A stretch of DNA of 64,000 nt from Okamejei kenojei (lineage: Eukaryota), in the NCBI GenBank assembly GCA_035221665.1, contig CM069132.1, positions 156,364,001 through 156,428,000 on the forward strand, read 5' to 3'. The notes under the pieces were generated by a model. That model did no database searches, had not been told where the DNA came from, and saw only the letters and a list, made by a program, of their open reading frames with translations. The position numbers were made by a program, and so were the translations under genes. This document shows, in pieces, positions 12,901-26,149 of this stretch; positions within the stretch are counted from its first letter, which is position 1; every line of letters starts with the position of its first letter.

Positions 12901-15900
12901 TTGGTTCTAATATGCTTGCAAGAGTGTCTATTGGTTTCTAAAAAGTGCTTGCAAAAAGTGTGTAAAAAAGAAAGGAAACTGCAGATGCTGGAAGAATGGA
13001 GGGTACACAAAAAGGCTGAGAAAAACTTCAGCGGGGATGCAGGCTGGCATCTAAGGAGCGAAAGGAGATTAGGAGACGTTTTTTTGTTTCTCCTAATCGC
13101 CTATCTCCTTCCGCTCCTTAGATGCTGCTGCACCCCGTTGAGTTTTTTCCAAGGGCCTTTTTGTTGTACCCTGCAAAAAAAAGTAGTTATATGGTTCTAA
13201 AATGCTTGCAAATAAGTGTCTCCATTGGTTCTAAATTTGCTTGCCAAAAGTTTTCTCTATTGGTTTCTTAAAATGCTTGCTTGAAAGTACTATCTCTATT
13301 GGTTCTAAAAAAATGTTGCAAAAAGGTGTCCCTATTGCTTCCAACAATGCTTGCAAAAAAAAATGTCCCTTATTGCTTCTAAAACAATGCTTGCAAAAAG
13401 TGTTCTCTATACCGTCAAAAAATTCCTGCAAAGTTGCCTCTATTTGGTTCTAAAAAATTGCTTGCAAAAAGTGTCTTTGGTTCTAAAAGGCCTTGGGCCT
13501 AAAGTGTCATTTGGTTCTAAAACTGCTTGTAAAAAAGCGTCTATGGTTCTAGAATGCTTGCAAAAAGAGTGTCTAATCTATTATTACTAAAAGTCTGATT
13601 GACTGCTTTTGGTCACTGTGCTGTGATTTCTGAGAGGAATGCTGCCACTACGGCCTCATTTTTTCGCCACTCGATCAACAGTAGTCCTCTGCCTTACAGG
13701 GACCAGAGGAGGGGTTCCATTGATGGCAAATCAGAAGAGGGATATTACTGCTTTTTTAATATTCCCATTCTCTCTGCTGCCCCCTGCTGGGAGCGAGGGG
13801 GAGGGACTATAAAATCAGGGGAAGTGGTTTGCTCACTGTCAGTCTCTTGCAAGTGAGGGAAAAGCCAGTGGTGTTGCCTCACTCAGGTCTCTGTGAGCTC
13901 TGAATAGCACTGATCACATGTCTACTCAACTGTGGGAGTGCTCTAATGTGGTTCTGAAAAGGTTGCAAAAAAATGTTTATTGTCTAAAAAAGCTTGCCAA
14001 AAAAAAGTCTCATTGGTTCTAAAATTGCTTGCAAAAAAGGTGTCTATTGGTTCTTAAAATGGTTCCAAAAAGTGTTATTGTGGTTAAAACATGGTTGTAG
14101 ACAGTGGTCTTGTATGGTTCTAAAATGGCTTGCAAAAAAGTGACTCTTTTTGGTTCTAAATTGCTTGCAAAAAAGTCTTGGTTCTAAATATTGCAAAAAA
14201 GTTTGTTCTATTGGTTCTAAAATGGTTGCAAAATTGTCTATAGGTTCTGTACAATTGTTGCAAAAATGTTCTATTGGTTTCTTAAATGGTTGGAAAAGTG
14301 TCTATTGGTTGTAAATGTTTGTAGGGAAGTGTCCTCTATCTGTTTCTTATAACATGCTTGCAAAATGGTCTCATTTGTTCTAAAAAATGCTTGCAAAAAG
14401 TGGCTATTTGTTCTAAAAATGCTTGCAAAAAGTGTCTGTTGGTTTCTAAAATTGCTTGCAAAAGTTTCTCTGTTGGTTATTACAAATGATTAGCAGAAGT
14501 CTGCTATTGGTTCTTAAAAAATGCTTGCTGAAAGAGTGTCTCTATGGATTCTAAATGCTTGCAAAATGGTGTTCTATTGGTTGTTAAAATGGTTGTAGAA
14601 GTGTCTCTATCGGTTCTAAACATGCTTGAAAAAATGTGTCTCTTTTGGTTTCTAAAAATGCTTTTGCAATAGGTTGTCTCTATTGGTTCTAATATGCTTG
14701 CAAAAAAAGTTCTCTGTTGGTTGTGAAATGATTGCAGAAGGCGGCCTATTGGTTCAAAAATGCCTGCATAGGGTGTCTAAATGCTTGCGGGAAAAAAAAG
14801 TGTCTATTGGTTCCAACATTGTTGCAAAAACGTGTCTCTATTGGTTTCTAAAAATGCTTGTAAAAAGTGTCCAATTGGTTCTAAAATTGCTTGCAAAAGG
14901 GTCGATTGGTTCAAAGATATTTGCTTACAAAAAAAGTGTGTCGCTATTCTGGTTCTAAAATGGCTTTGCCAGGAAGCTTTGTTCTCGATTTGGTTCTAAA
15001 AATGCTTGCAGAAACTGTCTTGATTGGTTTTCTAAAATGGCTTGCAAAAAAGTGTTCTCTATTGGTTTCTAAAATGGCTTGCAAAAATTGTTATTGGTTC
15101 TAAAAATGGTTGCAAAAAGGTGTCATTGGTCTATATTGGTTGCAAAAAGTGTCTCTATTGGGTTAAAATAGCTTGCTGAGTCTCTATTGCTTTAAAATGC
15201 TTGCAAGAAAGTTTCTCTATGGTTCTTAAAATTGCTTTGCAGGGAGGTGTCTCAGATTGGTTCCAAAAATGCTTGCAAAAACGAGTCTCTTTGGTTCTAA
15301 AATGCTTGTAAAAGTGTCAATTGGTTTCTAAATGCTTGCAAAAAGTGTCGATTGGTTCTAAAATGCTTACAAAAAGTGTGGTCGCTAATGGTTCTAAAAT
15401 GCTTGCAGAAGGCTTATATGTTCTCGTTGGTTCTAAAATGATTTGGCAGGGGAAAACTGTCTTGATTGGGTTCTAAAAATGCTTGCAAAAGTGTCTCTAT
15501 TGGTTCTAAAATGCTTGCAAATAATTGTCTATTGGTTCTAAAATGGTAGCAAAAAAAAGTGTCTATTGGTTTCTATAATTTGGGTTGCAAAAAAAAAGGT
15601 GTCTCTATGGGTTCTAAAATCGCTTAGCAGAGTCTATATTGGCTTTCAATGTTGCAGGAAAGTTCTTCTTTCTATTGGTTCTAAAATGCTTGCAGGGAGG
15701 TGTCTCGATTGGTCCTAAAAATGCTTGAAAAAAGTGTCTATTGTTCTAAAATGCTTGCCAAAAAGTTGTTCGATTGATTCTAAAATGGTTGCAAAATGTT
15801 GTCTCTATTGGTTCTAAAATGTTTGCTGAAAGAGTGTCTCTATGGTTCTACAAGTTGTCTCTAATGATTCTAAAATGCTTGCAAAAAGTGTGTCTATCTA

Positions 15901-16730
15901 TATTACTAAAGTTTGATTTTCTTGACCGCTTTTTGTGGCTCGCTGTGCTGTGATTTCCGAGAGAAACGTAGCCAACTCTACGGCCGTTCCAATTTTCGCT
16001 TTCAGAGCCTCGTCGCCTTTCCCTGGGACCGAGTATTTGTTCCATTGAATGAAAAAATGAAGGGAGTGTACTGTGTTTTAAATATTTCTCATTCTCTCTT
16101 TGCTGCCCCTGCTGGGAGGGAGGAGGAGGGGGACTATAAAACCTGGAAGGTTGTGCCTCCCATTCCGTCTCTGCAGATGGTGGAAAAGCCAGTGGTGTTC
16201 CTTACTCGTCTCTTTTGAGCTTGAATAGCCAGCTGAACCACATGTTTACTCAAAATGTTGAGTGCCTTAATGTGGTTCTTAATAAAGGGTTTGCAAAAAA
16301 TGTTTATGGTTCTAAAAACAGCTGCGAAAAGTGTCTTATTGGTTTCTAAAATGCTTGCAAAAAAATATCTATTGGGTTCTAAAATGGTTGCAATAAAGTG
16401 TCTATTGGTTCTTTATTGTTTAAAAGTGTACTCTATTGGGGTCTAAAAATGCTTGCAGAATGTGTCTCATTGGTTAAAATGCTTGAAAAGGTGTCTCGAT
16501 TGGTCCCTAAAATTGCTTGCATAAAAGTGTTCTATTGGTTCTAAAAAGCTTGACAAAGTGTTCTATTGTATTCTCCAATGCGTGGAAAAAGTGTTATGGT
16601 TTCTATTTAATTGCTTGGCTAATGTGTCTCTATTAGTTTCTAAAAATGCTTGCAAAAGGTCTCTATTGGGTTCTTTAAAATGCTTTGCAAAAAATAAGAT
16701 GTTCTCTATTGGTTCTAAAAATGCTGCCTG
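6919..16730 (+). repeat. Composite tandem array: ~350-bp head unit (TCTATATTACTAAAAG...) alternating with a 31-33-bp minisatellite
   Basis: Heads near 6921, 7679, 9009 (partial), 9640, 11924, 13577 and 15897; monomer TTGGTTCTAAAATGCTTGCAAAAAGTGTCTCTA. Confidence 0.85.
10075..11570 (-). mobile_element. CR1 LINE 3' portion inserted in the satellite (indel-rich sequence)
   Basis: Colinear with CR1 2654-3975 but with many 1-bp indels. Confidence 0.8.
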
Positions 16731-16819
16731 GCCAAGAGGAGAGACTTAGCTGGCCAAGCCCAAGGAACCATTCGGCCCACCAATGTCATTTACTAGGCTC
16801 AATACTAATCTCTCTATGG

Positions 16820-17319
16820 NNNNNNNNNNNNNNNNNNNNNNNNNNNNNNNNNNNNNNNNNNNNNNNNNNNNNNNNNNNNNNNNNNNNNNNNNNNNNNNNN
16901 NNNNNNNNNNNNNNNNNNNNNNNNNNNNNNNNNNNNNNNNNNNNNNNNNNNNNNNNNNNNNNNNNNNNNNNNNNNNNNNNNNNNNNNNNNNNNNNNNNNN
17001 NNNNNNNNNNNNNNNNNNNNNNNNNNNNNNNNNNNNNNNNNNNNNNNNNNNNNNNNNNNNNNNNNNNNNNNNNNNNNNNNNNNNNNNNNNNNNNNNNNNN
17101 NNNNNNNNNNNNNNNNNNNNNNNNNNNNNNNNNNNNNNNNNNNNNNNNNNNNNNNNNNNNNNNNNNNNNNNNNNNNNNNNNNNNNNNNNNNNNNNNNNNN
17201 NNNNNNNNNNNNNNNNNNNNNNNNNNNNNNNNNNNNNNNNNNNNNNNNNNNNNNNNNNNNNNNNNNNNNNNNNNNNNNNNNNNNNNNNNNNNNNNNNNNN
17301 NNNNNNNNNNNNNNNNNNN
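16820..17319. other. Assembly gap (500 N)
   Basis: Run of N. Confidence 1.
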
Positions 17320-18779
17320 GTGGCACACTTCGTCCGCTTAGGACTCACTCGCGTGAGAGGAGGCGATTCGATGGCCCGGAGGAGAATACGACACGGCCGG
17401 CCGACGATCCGGTACCACCTCACGCTGTGGGTGGAAGACTTGCGGTTCACCCGTGCCAGACAGCAGCGACGAGTGGGACTCGTCTCCCTTTCCAGCCTGC
17501 GTGTCTCGTCCCTGACCACTTGCGCGGCAGGACCCGCCTATATGGAGTCTGCAAACGAGCCTGAAACACAGCGGAGTTGGTCGCTTAGCCCGCTCGGCCT
17601 CTCTGCGGTGGAGACACGCGGCACCAGATCGATACAAAGAAACAGAGGTTTTTTCAAGAGGAACACACCCGGGCAAAATCGTGATGGGCGTCCTCAGTGC
17701 TACTGCACCATTATGGACCTTTTCCACTTTTCTAGTACATACTATTAGCAAATTAGTCCGCCGACTCTCACCCAGAAGAGCACTCTGTTTTACCATCTGT
17801 GTTGCTTTCCAGTCTTTTCTGTGACTGCATACACACCCAACAAATCTTCTAAGTGGTCTCTGAAAATCGTGTGTTCCGAAAATCTCCGGGCACCCCACCT
17901 ATCCCCCGTACAGATAAACAATTTTCATGTTCGGCGGGATTTAGTCGGTAGTCTATCCGGATTTGTCGCACGAAACGCCCGCGCAATGCCACAAATCACA
18001 TCCTAATAGAGACTTCGAGGGGAAACTAGTTAACCATGTCCGGCACTGCCCGTACCAGAAATGCGATTTGCTGATAGGCGGCAGTCGGTCCGGTAGGTCT
18101 TGCCGGGGAAAGTCGCGCCGCGGACGGCTGAGGGCCACAAAATCGGCCCTCAACTAGTTCGGTGGGAGGAAAATTGTTAACCGGCGGCGGGCAAAAAAAG
18201 GTTATGGCGGGCAGGTTGGCCGGTAGCCTTCGAAAAACGTGGCACGCAGCGGTTTGCGTGGGAGTCCATCTCGACCTCATGCGGGGTCCGCCGACCAGCT
18301 TTGGGTCTTAGTTGCAATTCTCGACTCTGGACCTGAGACCAGTTTTCGGACTTGGTGGCTGCAATGTCGACCGTAGCCGTTTCAGTGGGTTGCTTAGTGA
18401 AGGTCCTGCCGAAAAAATGCGACCGGTCGATACGGTCAAGGCAGCAATTCGATATCATCGGACTTCTTGCCATATCCGGTCTGCCGCCTGGGGGGGCGCC
18501 CGCCCGCACGCGCGGCCATTGCCGCCTTGCCGCCATTGCCGTCGATCCGGCGCTTATTTCGAGCCGCTCGTGTATTCGCACCCGCCCGGTCTTTACCTAC
18601 GGCGGCCGCGTTGGCGCATAAAATGTCGGCCAATATATCTCCGGGGCCGCCATCGGCACTTTAAAAATTCGGCCACATCAATCTCGGACACCCCACCTAT
18701 CCGCCGCTACCGCGAATGTCAAAATGGAGAATTACGTGAAACCAGGGGAGTATCTGAACCAATGTGAGCGTACTCATAA

Positions 18780-21700
18780 CCTGTTCACGAGTTGACATAA
18801 ACAATTCACTCGCAAACGACGTACCTCAAACGGCAAGTACTTTTTTAACTTTGTCCTATAGTGAACCTGCACGCGATTTACATCGACATTCAGCCCGCAT
18901 ATCGGCGCACCTCAAAGGCAGCGCTTTTAAATTTGCTCTTTCCGAGGTTTTAAATCACTAAGCGAATAGTCGGCATCGTGAACACAGTACACCGAGTCAC
19001 ATCAACAATTCAGCGCAAAAACGGCGCACCGCAAAACGGCAGTGCTTTTAAATTAGCTCCTTTAGTGGAAACAGCTCGCCGATTGACATCGACAATTCAC
19101 CCCGCGACGGCGCAACTCAAAACGGCAGCACTTTTAAAGTGCTCCCTACCGAGTTTGTAATCACCAAGCGAATCGAAGGGGTTTCGTGAACTGTACACCG
19201 GATTACATCAACTATTCACCCCGCAAACGTGCCCCTCAAACGGCATTTCTTTTAAATTAGTCCCTTCGTTGGAACCAGCACACCGATTGTCATCGACAAT
19301 CACCCCGCCAAACGACGCCACCTCAAACGGCATTTCTTTTTAAATTAGCTACCTTCGTGAACCAGAACACCGATTGAACATCGACAATTCAGCCCGACAA
19401 CGGCGCACCTCAAACGGCAGCACTTTTTAAATTTGCTCCGTTCCGAGTGTTTAATCACCCAGCGAATCGACAGGGCATCGTGAACCAGTACACCGATTCA
19501 CATCAACAATTCACCCGCAAAACGACGCACTAAACGGCATTTACTTTTAAATTAGCTCCCTTCGTGGAACCAGCACGCCGATTGACTCTCGACAATCACC
19601 GCAAAACGACGCACCTCAAACGGGAAGTACTTTTAATTTAGCTCCTTCGTGAACCAGACGCCGATTGACATCCGACAATTACCCCGCAAACGGCGCACTC
19701 AAACAGGCCAGCACTTTTATATTTGATCCCTTCAGAGTTATTAATCCACAAGCGGAATCGACGGGCATCGTGAACCAGTTACACCGATTCAATCAACAAT
19801 TCACCCGCAAACGACGCACCTCAAAACGGCTTTACTTTTACATTAGCTCCCTTCGTGAAACCAGCACCGCCGATTGACATCGACATTTCAGCCCGCAAAC
19901 GGCGACATTCAAACGGCAGCACTTTTAAATTTGCTCCTTCGAGTTTTAATCACCAAGCGAATCGACGGGTTCGTGAAACCGGTTCACCGATTCCATCAAC
20001 AATTCACCCGCAAACGACGCACCTAAAACGGCATTACTTTTATATTAGCTCCTTCGTGAACTGCACACCGATTGACATCGACATTCAGCCCGCAAACGGC
20101 GCACCGCAAACGGCAGCATTTTAAATTTTGCTCCATTCCGAGTTTTTTAATCACAAGCGAATCGGACGTGCATCGGATACCTGTCAACCGATTCCATTCA
20201 ACAATCAGCCCGCAAACGGCAGTGCTTTTAATTAGCTCCTTTTAGTGAACCAGCACACCGATTGACATCGACAAATCACCCCGCGAACGGCGCCTGAAAC
20301 GCAGCCCCACAATTTGCTCCCTTGAGTTTTTAATCACCAAGCGAATCGACGGGTTTCGTGAACCAGTAGACCGATTCACATCAACAATTTTCACCCCGCA
20401 ATCGACGCAACCTCAAACGGCATTACTTTTAATTTAGCTCCTTCGTGATCAGCACACCGATGACATCGACAATTCACCCCGCAACGACGCCCCAAAACGG
20501 CTTACTTTTAATTAGCTCCTTCGTGACCAGCACAACGATTGACAACGACAATTCAGCCCGCAAACGCGCACCTGAAAACGGCAGCACTTTTTTTAAATTT
20601 GCTCCTTCCGAGTTTTAATCACCAAGCGAATCGGACGGCTCCGTTTCGTGAACCTGTACCGATTATCATCAACAATTCACCCGCAAACGGACGCACTCTC
20701 AAACGGCAATTACTGTTAAAAATTAGTCCTTCGTGAACCAGCACGCGATTGAAATCGACAATCACCGCAAACGACGCACCTCAAAAACGGCATTACTTTT
20801 AAATTAGCTCCATTCGTCGAATGTTCACAAGCTATCGCCACGATTGACATCGACAAATCACCCGCAAAACGGCGCACCTCAACGGCATCACTTTTAAATT
20901 TGATCCTTCAGTGTCTATAATCACCAAGTAAATCGACGGCATCGTGAACCAGTACACCGATTCACATCAAACAATCACACGCAAACGACGCACCGAACGG
21001 GCAGTGCTTTTAATTTGCTCCCTGCGTGTACCAGCACACGATTGACATAGACAATTCAGCCGCAAAACGGGCTCACCTGAAAACGGCAGCACTTTTAAAG
21101 TTGCTCCCTTCCGTGTTTTGAACACCAAGCGATTCGACGGGCATCGTGAACCAGTAACACCGATTCACTATCATCAATTTACCCGCAAACGAGCACTCAA
21201 AAACGGCAGTTATTTTAATTAGCTCCCTTAGTGAACCGCACGCCGTTGACATCGACAATTCAGCTCCGCAAACGGTTTGCTGCTCAACGGCAGTACTTTT
21301 AAACTTGTGTTCCCTTCAGAGTGTTTAATCACCAAGTAATCGACGGGCATCGTGACCAGTACACGATTCACATCAAACATTCACCCGCAAACGACGCACG
21401 CAAACGGCAGTGCTTTTAAATTAGCTCCCTTGTTGTTACCAGCACAACGATTGACATCGACAATTCACCCCGCAAACGGCTCTCCTGAAAACGGCCAGCA
21501 CTTTTAAGTTGCTCCCTCGAGTTGTATAATCACCAAGCATCGACGGCATCGTGTACCAGTAGAGAGTCACATCAACAGTATTCATCCGCAAATGGTGGCA
21601 CCTCAAACGGCAGTACTTTTACCTATGCGCCCTTTTAGAGTATAGGAGTAGGGAGGTGCTACTGCAATTGTGCAGGGGTCTTGGTGAGCCCACCGCCTGG

Positions 21701-23080
21701 AGTTATGCATGCAGTTTTGGTCTCCAAATCTGAGTCATGACATTCTTGCTATAGTGGGAGTACAGGAGAAGGTTCACCAGGACTGATTCCTGGGATGTCA
21801 GGACTTTCATATGAAGAAAGGCGGGATAGTCTGGGCTTGTTACTAGCTAGAATTTAGAAGATTGGGGGGGGGGGGGGTGGATATTATAGAAACTTACAGA
21901 ATTCATAAGGGTTGGACAGGCTAGATGCAGGTAAGATTGTTCCCGATGTTGGGGAAGCCCAGGACAAGGGGTCACAGTTTAAGGATAAGGGGGAAATCAT
22001 TTTAGGACCGAGATGAGACAAACATTTTTCACGCAAGTGGTGAATCTCTGGAATTCTCTGCCACATGAAGGTAGTTGAGGTCAGTTCATTGTCTATATTT
22101 AAGGGGGGAGTTAGATGTGGCCCTTGTGGCTAAAGGGATCAGCGGGTATGGAGAGAAGGCAGGTAAGGATACCGAGTTGGATGATCAGCCATGATCATAT
22201 TGAATGGTGGTGCAGGCTCAAAGGGTTGAATGGCCTTACTGCTGCACCTATTTTCTACGTTTCTATGTTTCTGCTTCAATGCTTACGAGTGTAAAGTAAC
22301 CAAGCAAATCGACTGGCATCGTGAACCACTGCCCTGATTCACATCAACAATTCCCCCCGCAGATAGTGCACCTGACACGGACAGTACTTTTCAAATATAC
22401 GCCCTTTACGAGTGTAAAGTAACCAGCAAATCGACTGGCATCGTGAACCAGTCCCCCGATTCACGTCAACAATTCCCCCCGCAGATTGTGCACCTGACAC
22501 GGCAGTACTTTCTAAAATATACACCCTTACGAGTGTAAGTAACCAAGCAAATCGACTGGCATCGTGAACCAGTAGCCCGATTCATGTCAACAATTCCCCG
22601 CAATTGTGCACCTGACACGGCTGTACTTTCAAATATACGCCCTTACGGTGTGTAAAGTAACCAAGAAAATCGACTGGCATCGTGAACCAGTAGCCCGATT
22701 CATGTCAACAATTCCCCCCGCAAATTGTGCACCTTAATGCGGCAGTACTTTAAATATGCTCCCTTACGAGTGAATATCATCCATAAAATCGACAGTCATC
22801 ATGAACCAGTAACACTTTAACAATTTCCCACTCAATACTGATGACAAGTACGTTCAACCACCAAAAAAAAATACCAAGTCCGTGGGGGGGGGGGCAATTA
22901 ATTCCCCCCGCAAATTGTGCACCTTAAGCGGCAGTACTTTTAAATATGCTCCTTACGAATGAATATCATCCATAAAATCGACAGTCATCATGAACCAGTA
23001 ACACTTTACAATTTCCCACCTCAATACTGATGACAAGTACGTCAACCACCAAAAAAAATTACCAAGTCCGGGGGGGGGCA
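18780..23080. repeat. Tandem repeat array of related ~80-120-bp monomers (CGTGAACCAG...CGATT...CAATTCACCCGCAAACG), split by a CR1
   Basis: Alternating short and long monomers at 18.8-21.6 kb; a ~118-bp variant and a ~190-bp duplication at 22.3-23.1 kb. Confidence 0.85.
21630..22270 (+). mobile_element. CR1 LINE 3' fragment
   Basis: GAGTATAGGAGTAGGGAGG...TTTCTATGTTTCT tail, same family as 39.1-40.9 kb. Confidence 0.8.
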
Positions 23081-23150
23081 ATTCGTTGACCGACTTGGCC
23101 GTGGCCGGTGAATTATGATCAAGTGGGCCCTGGGGTGCTGGACGGCACAC

Positions 23151-23274
23151 AAAGGGCAGCCGGAGGGGCCAGCTGAGAGTTTTGGCCCGGGCGCGGGACT
23201 TTGCGCGCGACGTCGCGCGCAAAGTCCCGCGCCCGGGCCAAAACTCCTCAGCTGGGCCCCTCCGGCTGCCCTTT
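23151..23274. repeat. Near-perfect GC-rich palindrome with no spacer
   Basis: Centre GCGCGAC|GTCGCGC at 23211/23212; ~61-bp arms differ by two single-base indels. Confidence 0.9.
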
Positions 23275-24469
23275 TTTTGTGTTCTGCTGCACGCAAAGTC
23301 CAGCTCCCCCATCCAAATCATTAACACGGGACGATCGGCCATGAGATGGAAGGGGGGAGGGGTGGAGGGGTGGGGGTGGGAGGTGGGGCGTCAGCGAAGG
23401 TCCCGAGGGTCGGACAGCTGGCCGGCTGCCGACCGACGAGGGCCACGGGCGAGGCGCTGCTGCTGCACTCCATGGGCTGGCACTACGCCGGGACGGGTGA
23501 GGCGGGGCCGGACGCGGCTCTCCAACCCGGCAGTCCCCCCACTCGACCAGAGTCCGATCCTTCTGACCCAGCGGTGCGCGTGCGGGTAAGGCATTGCTGC
23601 CCCCCGCGGCGCAAGGCCGGGAAAGAGGGAACGAACGTGGGGAAGAGAGGAAGAAAGCGGTTAGGAGGTGACCGCGTGCGCGACCGCGCCCTCCGACCGA
23701 CGGAGGGACAGCTTTGGAGCGAGCGAGCGTCTTGCCCGCCCCGCCTCCCCCCCTGACAGGGAGGCCGGTCCGCCGACAAAAGAACCTGAAACGCCTGCGG
23801 AGTTTTTTGTCTGCTGGCCCCTCTCGACCTATTTCTGCGTGCATGATCACAATGGGCATTTTTCAGTGCCTTCACACCACTTTTATACTTCGTGCAAATT
23901 TTATTGTACCTTTTCCACTTTTATGGTACATATTTTGGCAAATTAGTCCGCCGACTCTCACCCAGAGTCCCGCTGTTTTACCACTCTGTTGCCTTCCAGT
24001 CTTTTCTGCGACTTACACAATCTTCTAAATATCTCTGAAAATCGTGTTTCCAAAAATCTCCGGGCACCCCACCTATCCCCCCGTACAGAATAAACAATTT
24101 TCATGTCGGCGGGATTTAGTCCGGTAGTCAATCCGGATTTGTCGCACGAACGCCCCGCGCAAGGCCATAAGTCACATCCTCATAGAGACTTCCGAGGGGA
24201 ACTCGTTAACCATGTCCGGCACTGCCCGTACCAGAAATGCGATTTGCTGATCGGCGGCAGTCGGTCCGGTAGTCTTGCCGGGAAAGTCGCGCTGCGGACC
24301 GGCAGACGGCCACAAATCGGCCCTCATCTAGTTCCGGTGGGAAATCGTTAACCGGCGGCGGGCAAAAAGTAATGGCGGGCAGGTGTCCGGAAGCCCTTCC
24401 GAAGAGGAGGCCACTCCGCCGGTGCGTGGGAGTCAATCTCGACCTCATCGGGACTTCCACGGTGCTGAT

Positions 24470-24960
24470 TTTCATGAACCAAGTGACTAACTCATGAACC
24501 AAATTACGAACTCATGAACCAAATTACGAACTTATGAACCAAATTACGAACTCATGAACCAAACGGAAGAACTTATGAACCAAATTACGAACTCATGAAC
24601 CAAACGGAAGAATTCATGAACCAAATGACTAACTCATGAATCAAACGGAAGAACTTATGAACCAAATTACGAACTCATGAACCAAACGGAAGAATTCATG
24701 AACCAAGTGACTAACTCATGAACCAAACGGAAGAACTTATGAACCAAATTACGAACTCATGAACCAAACGGGAGACTTCATGAACCAAATTACGAACTCA
24801 CGAACCAAACGGGAGACTTCATGAACCAAATTAGGAACTCATGAACCAAACGAGAGAATTCATGAACCAAATGGGAGAATTTATGAACCAAGTGCAGAAT
24901 TAGTGAACCAAGTAGGGGCATTCATGAACCAAATGGTGAACTGGCGAACCAACTGGGAGA
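24470..24960. repeat. 20-22-bp minisatellite with a CATGAACCAAA core
   Basis: Directly visible tandem units. Confidence 0.9.
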
Positions 24961-24964
24961 ATTG

Positions 24965-25730
24965 TTTTTATTTTATTTTTATTAGAAGAAAATACATAAT
25001 AAAAAAGTTTGTTTGTAGTAGTCATACAGTATTAATATTGTTTACATTATCAATTGTATAATAATTGTACTATATATTTTTATTTTTACATTTTTATATA
25101 GATAGAAAATAATCGAGAGAGAAATAATCGAGAGAGAAATAATTTTGTTTTTGAATAATGCAATCCATGTTATACTTTAAATTGTATTAAAGAATGTCTA
25201 GCATTTAACGAACAGTGATGTATATGTTGTAAGCTTCTCACCCAAATATCTTGCCTTATTGGTTGGCCTAGTTCATTTTCCCCTGATTGCCTATATATTT
25301 CCGTCGTGGGTACATCGTTATCGAATAGGATATTATAAATATAAGATATCAATTTTTCTGTGTTAGGGTGTTTATTCAAACATTGATCAAGAATTTCTGT
25401 CTTTCTATTTCTATAGTCCTGTGTATTTGATTTAGCATAGTCTCTAAGTTGTAGGTATCTAAAGTGGTCATTTGAGTGAAGTCCATAAATTTGGTGTAGC
25501 TCCTAAAATGAGAGGAATGTATCTTTCCAGTAAAGATGACCCATCTTTGTAATTCCATGATTTTTCCATTGTAAAAAAACTTTATCCATCATTGAGGGTT
25601 TAAATGTAGGGTTGTTTACAATGGAAAGAAGTAGTGGTTAATTATCCAATTTTAGTGTCTTTTTTAATTGTTTCAAAATGCATATTCCACTATATATTAT
25701 GGGGTTTTCACTATAGGTTAACAACTGGGA
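24965..25730 (-). mobile_element. L1-clade LINE ORF2 C-terminal fragment
   Basis: CSLNARHSLIQFKV peptide, same family as 52.2-53.5 kb. Confidence 0.7.
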
Positions 25731-26149
25731 TAATTTATGAACCAAATGGAGAATTTGTGACCAAGTGGGGGCATTCATGAACCAAATCCATGTTCTCCAG
25801 CAATGTTGCCTGACCATCCGATTCAAACTAGTACTTTGTCCACATATCAGATAGGCCTGAAGGGCAGGGGACCGCCACACGGTGGCAGTGTTGACCACAA
25901 ACTGGATGGGCCTGCAGTGCAGTGGATCACCACACGGTGGGAGTGTTGACCTCAAATTGGAGCGACCTGTTATACGAATTCGATTCACATTGGGAGCGCT
26001 GTCTACAAATTACATATAATTGTTCTCTTTACTGAAAAATGGGTCATTATTGCTCTGTAACGCGTTTCCTTTCCCCGTAATGCACTTATTGCCCAGATGC
26101 CAAAGTTTGCAGAAGCCCTGAAACCAGTGAAGATTTGGGATGAAAATAG

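Noticed and set aside
7257-16749. Many ORFs with LLVLKCLQKVS or SIGSKMLAKS repeats
   Set aside because: Translations of the 33-bp minisatellite.
16685-17748. Long ORFs containing X runs
   Set aside because: Artefacts of the N gap.
18780-24960. CRISPR-like appearance of the repeat arrays
   Set aside because: Eukaryotic tandem repeats with no unique spacers and no cas genes.
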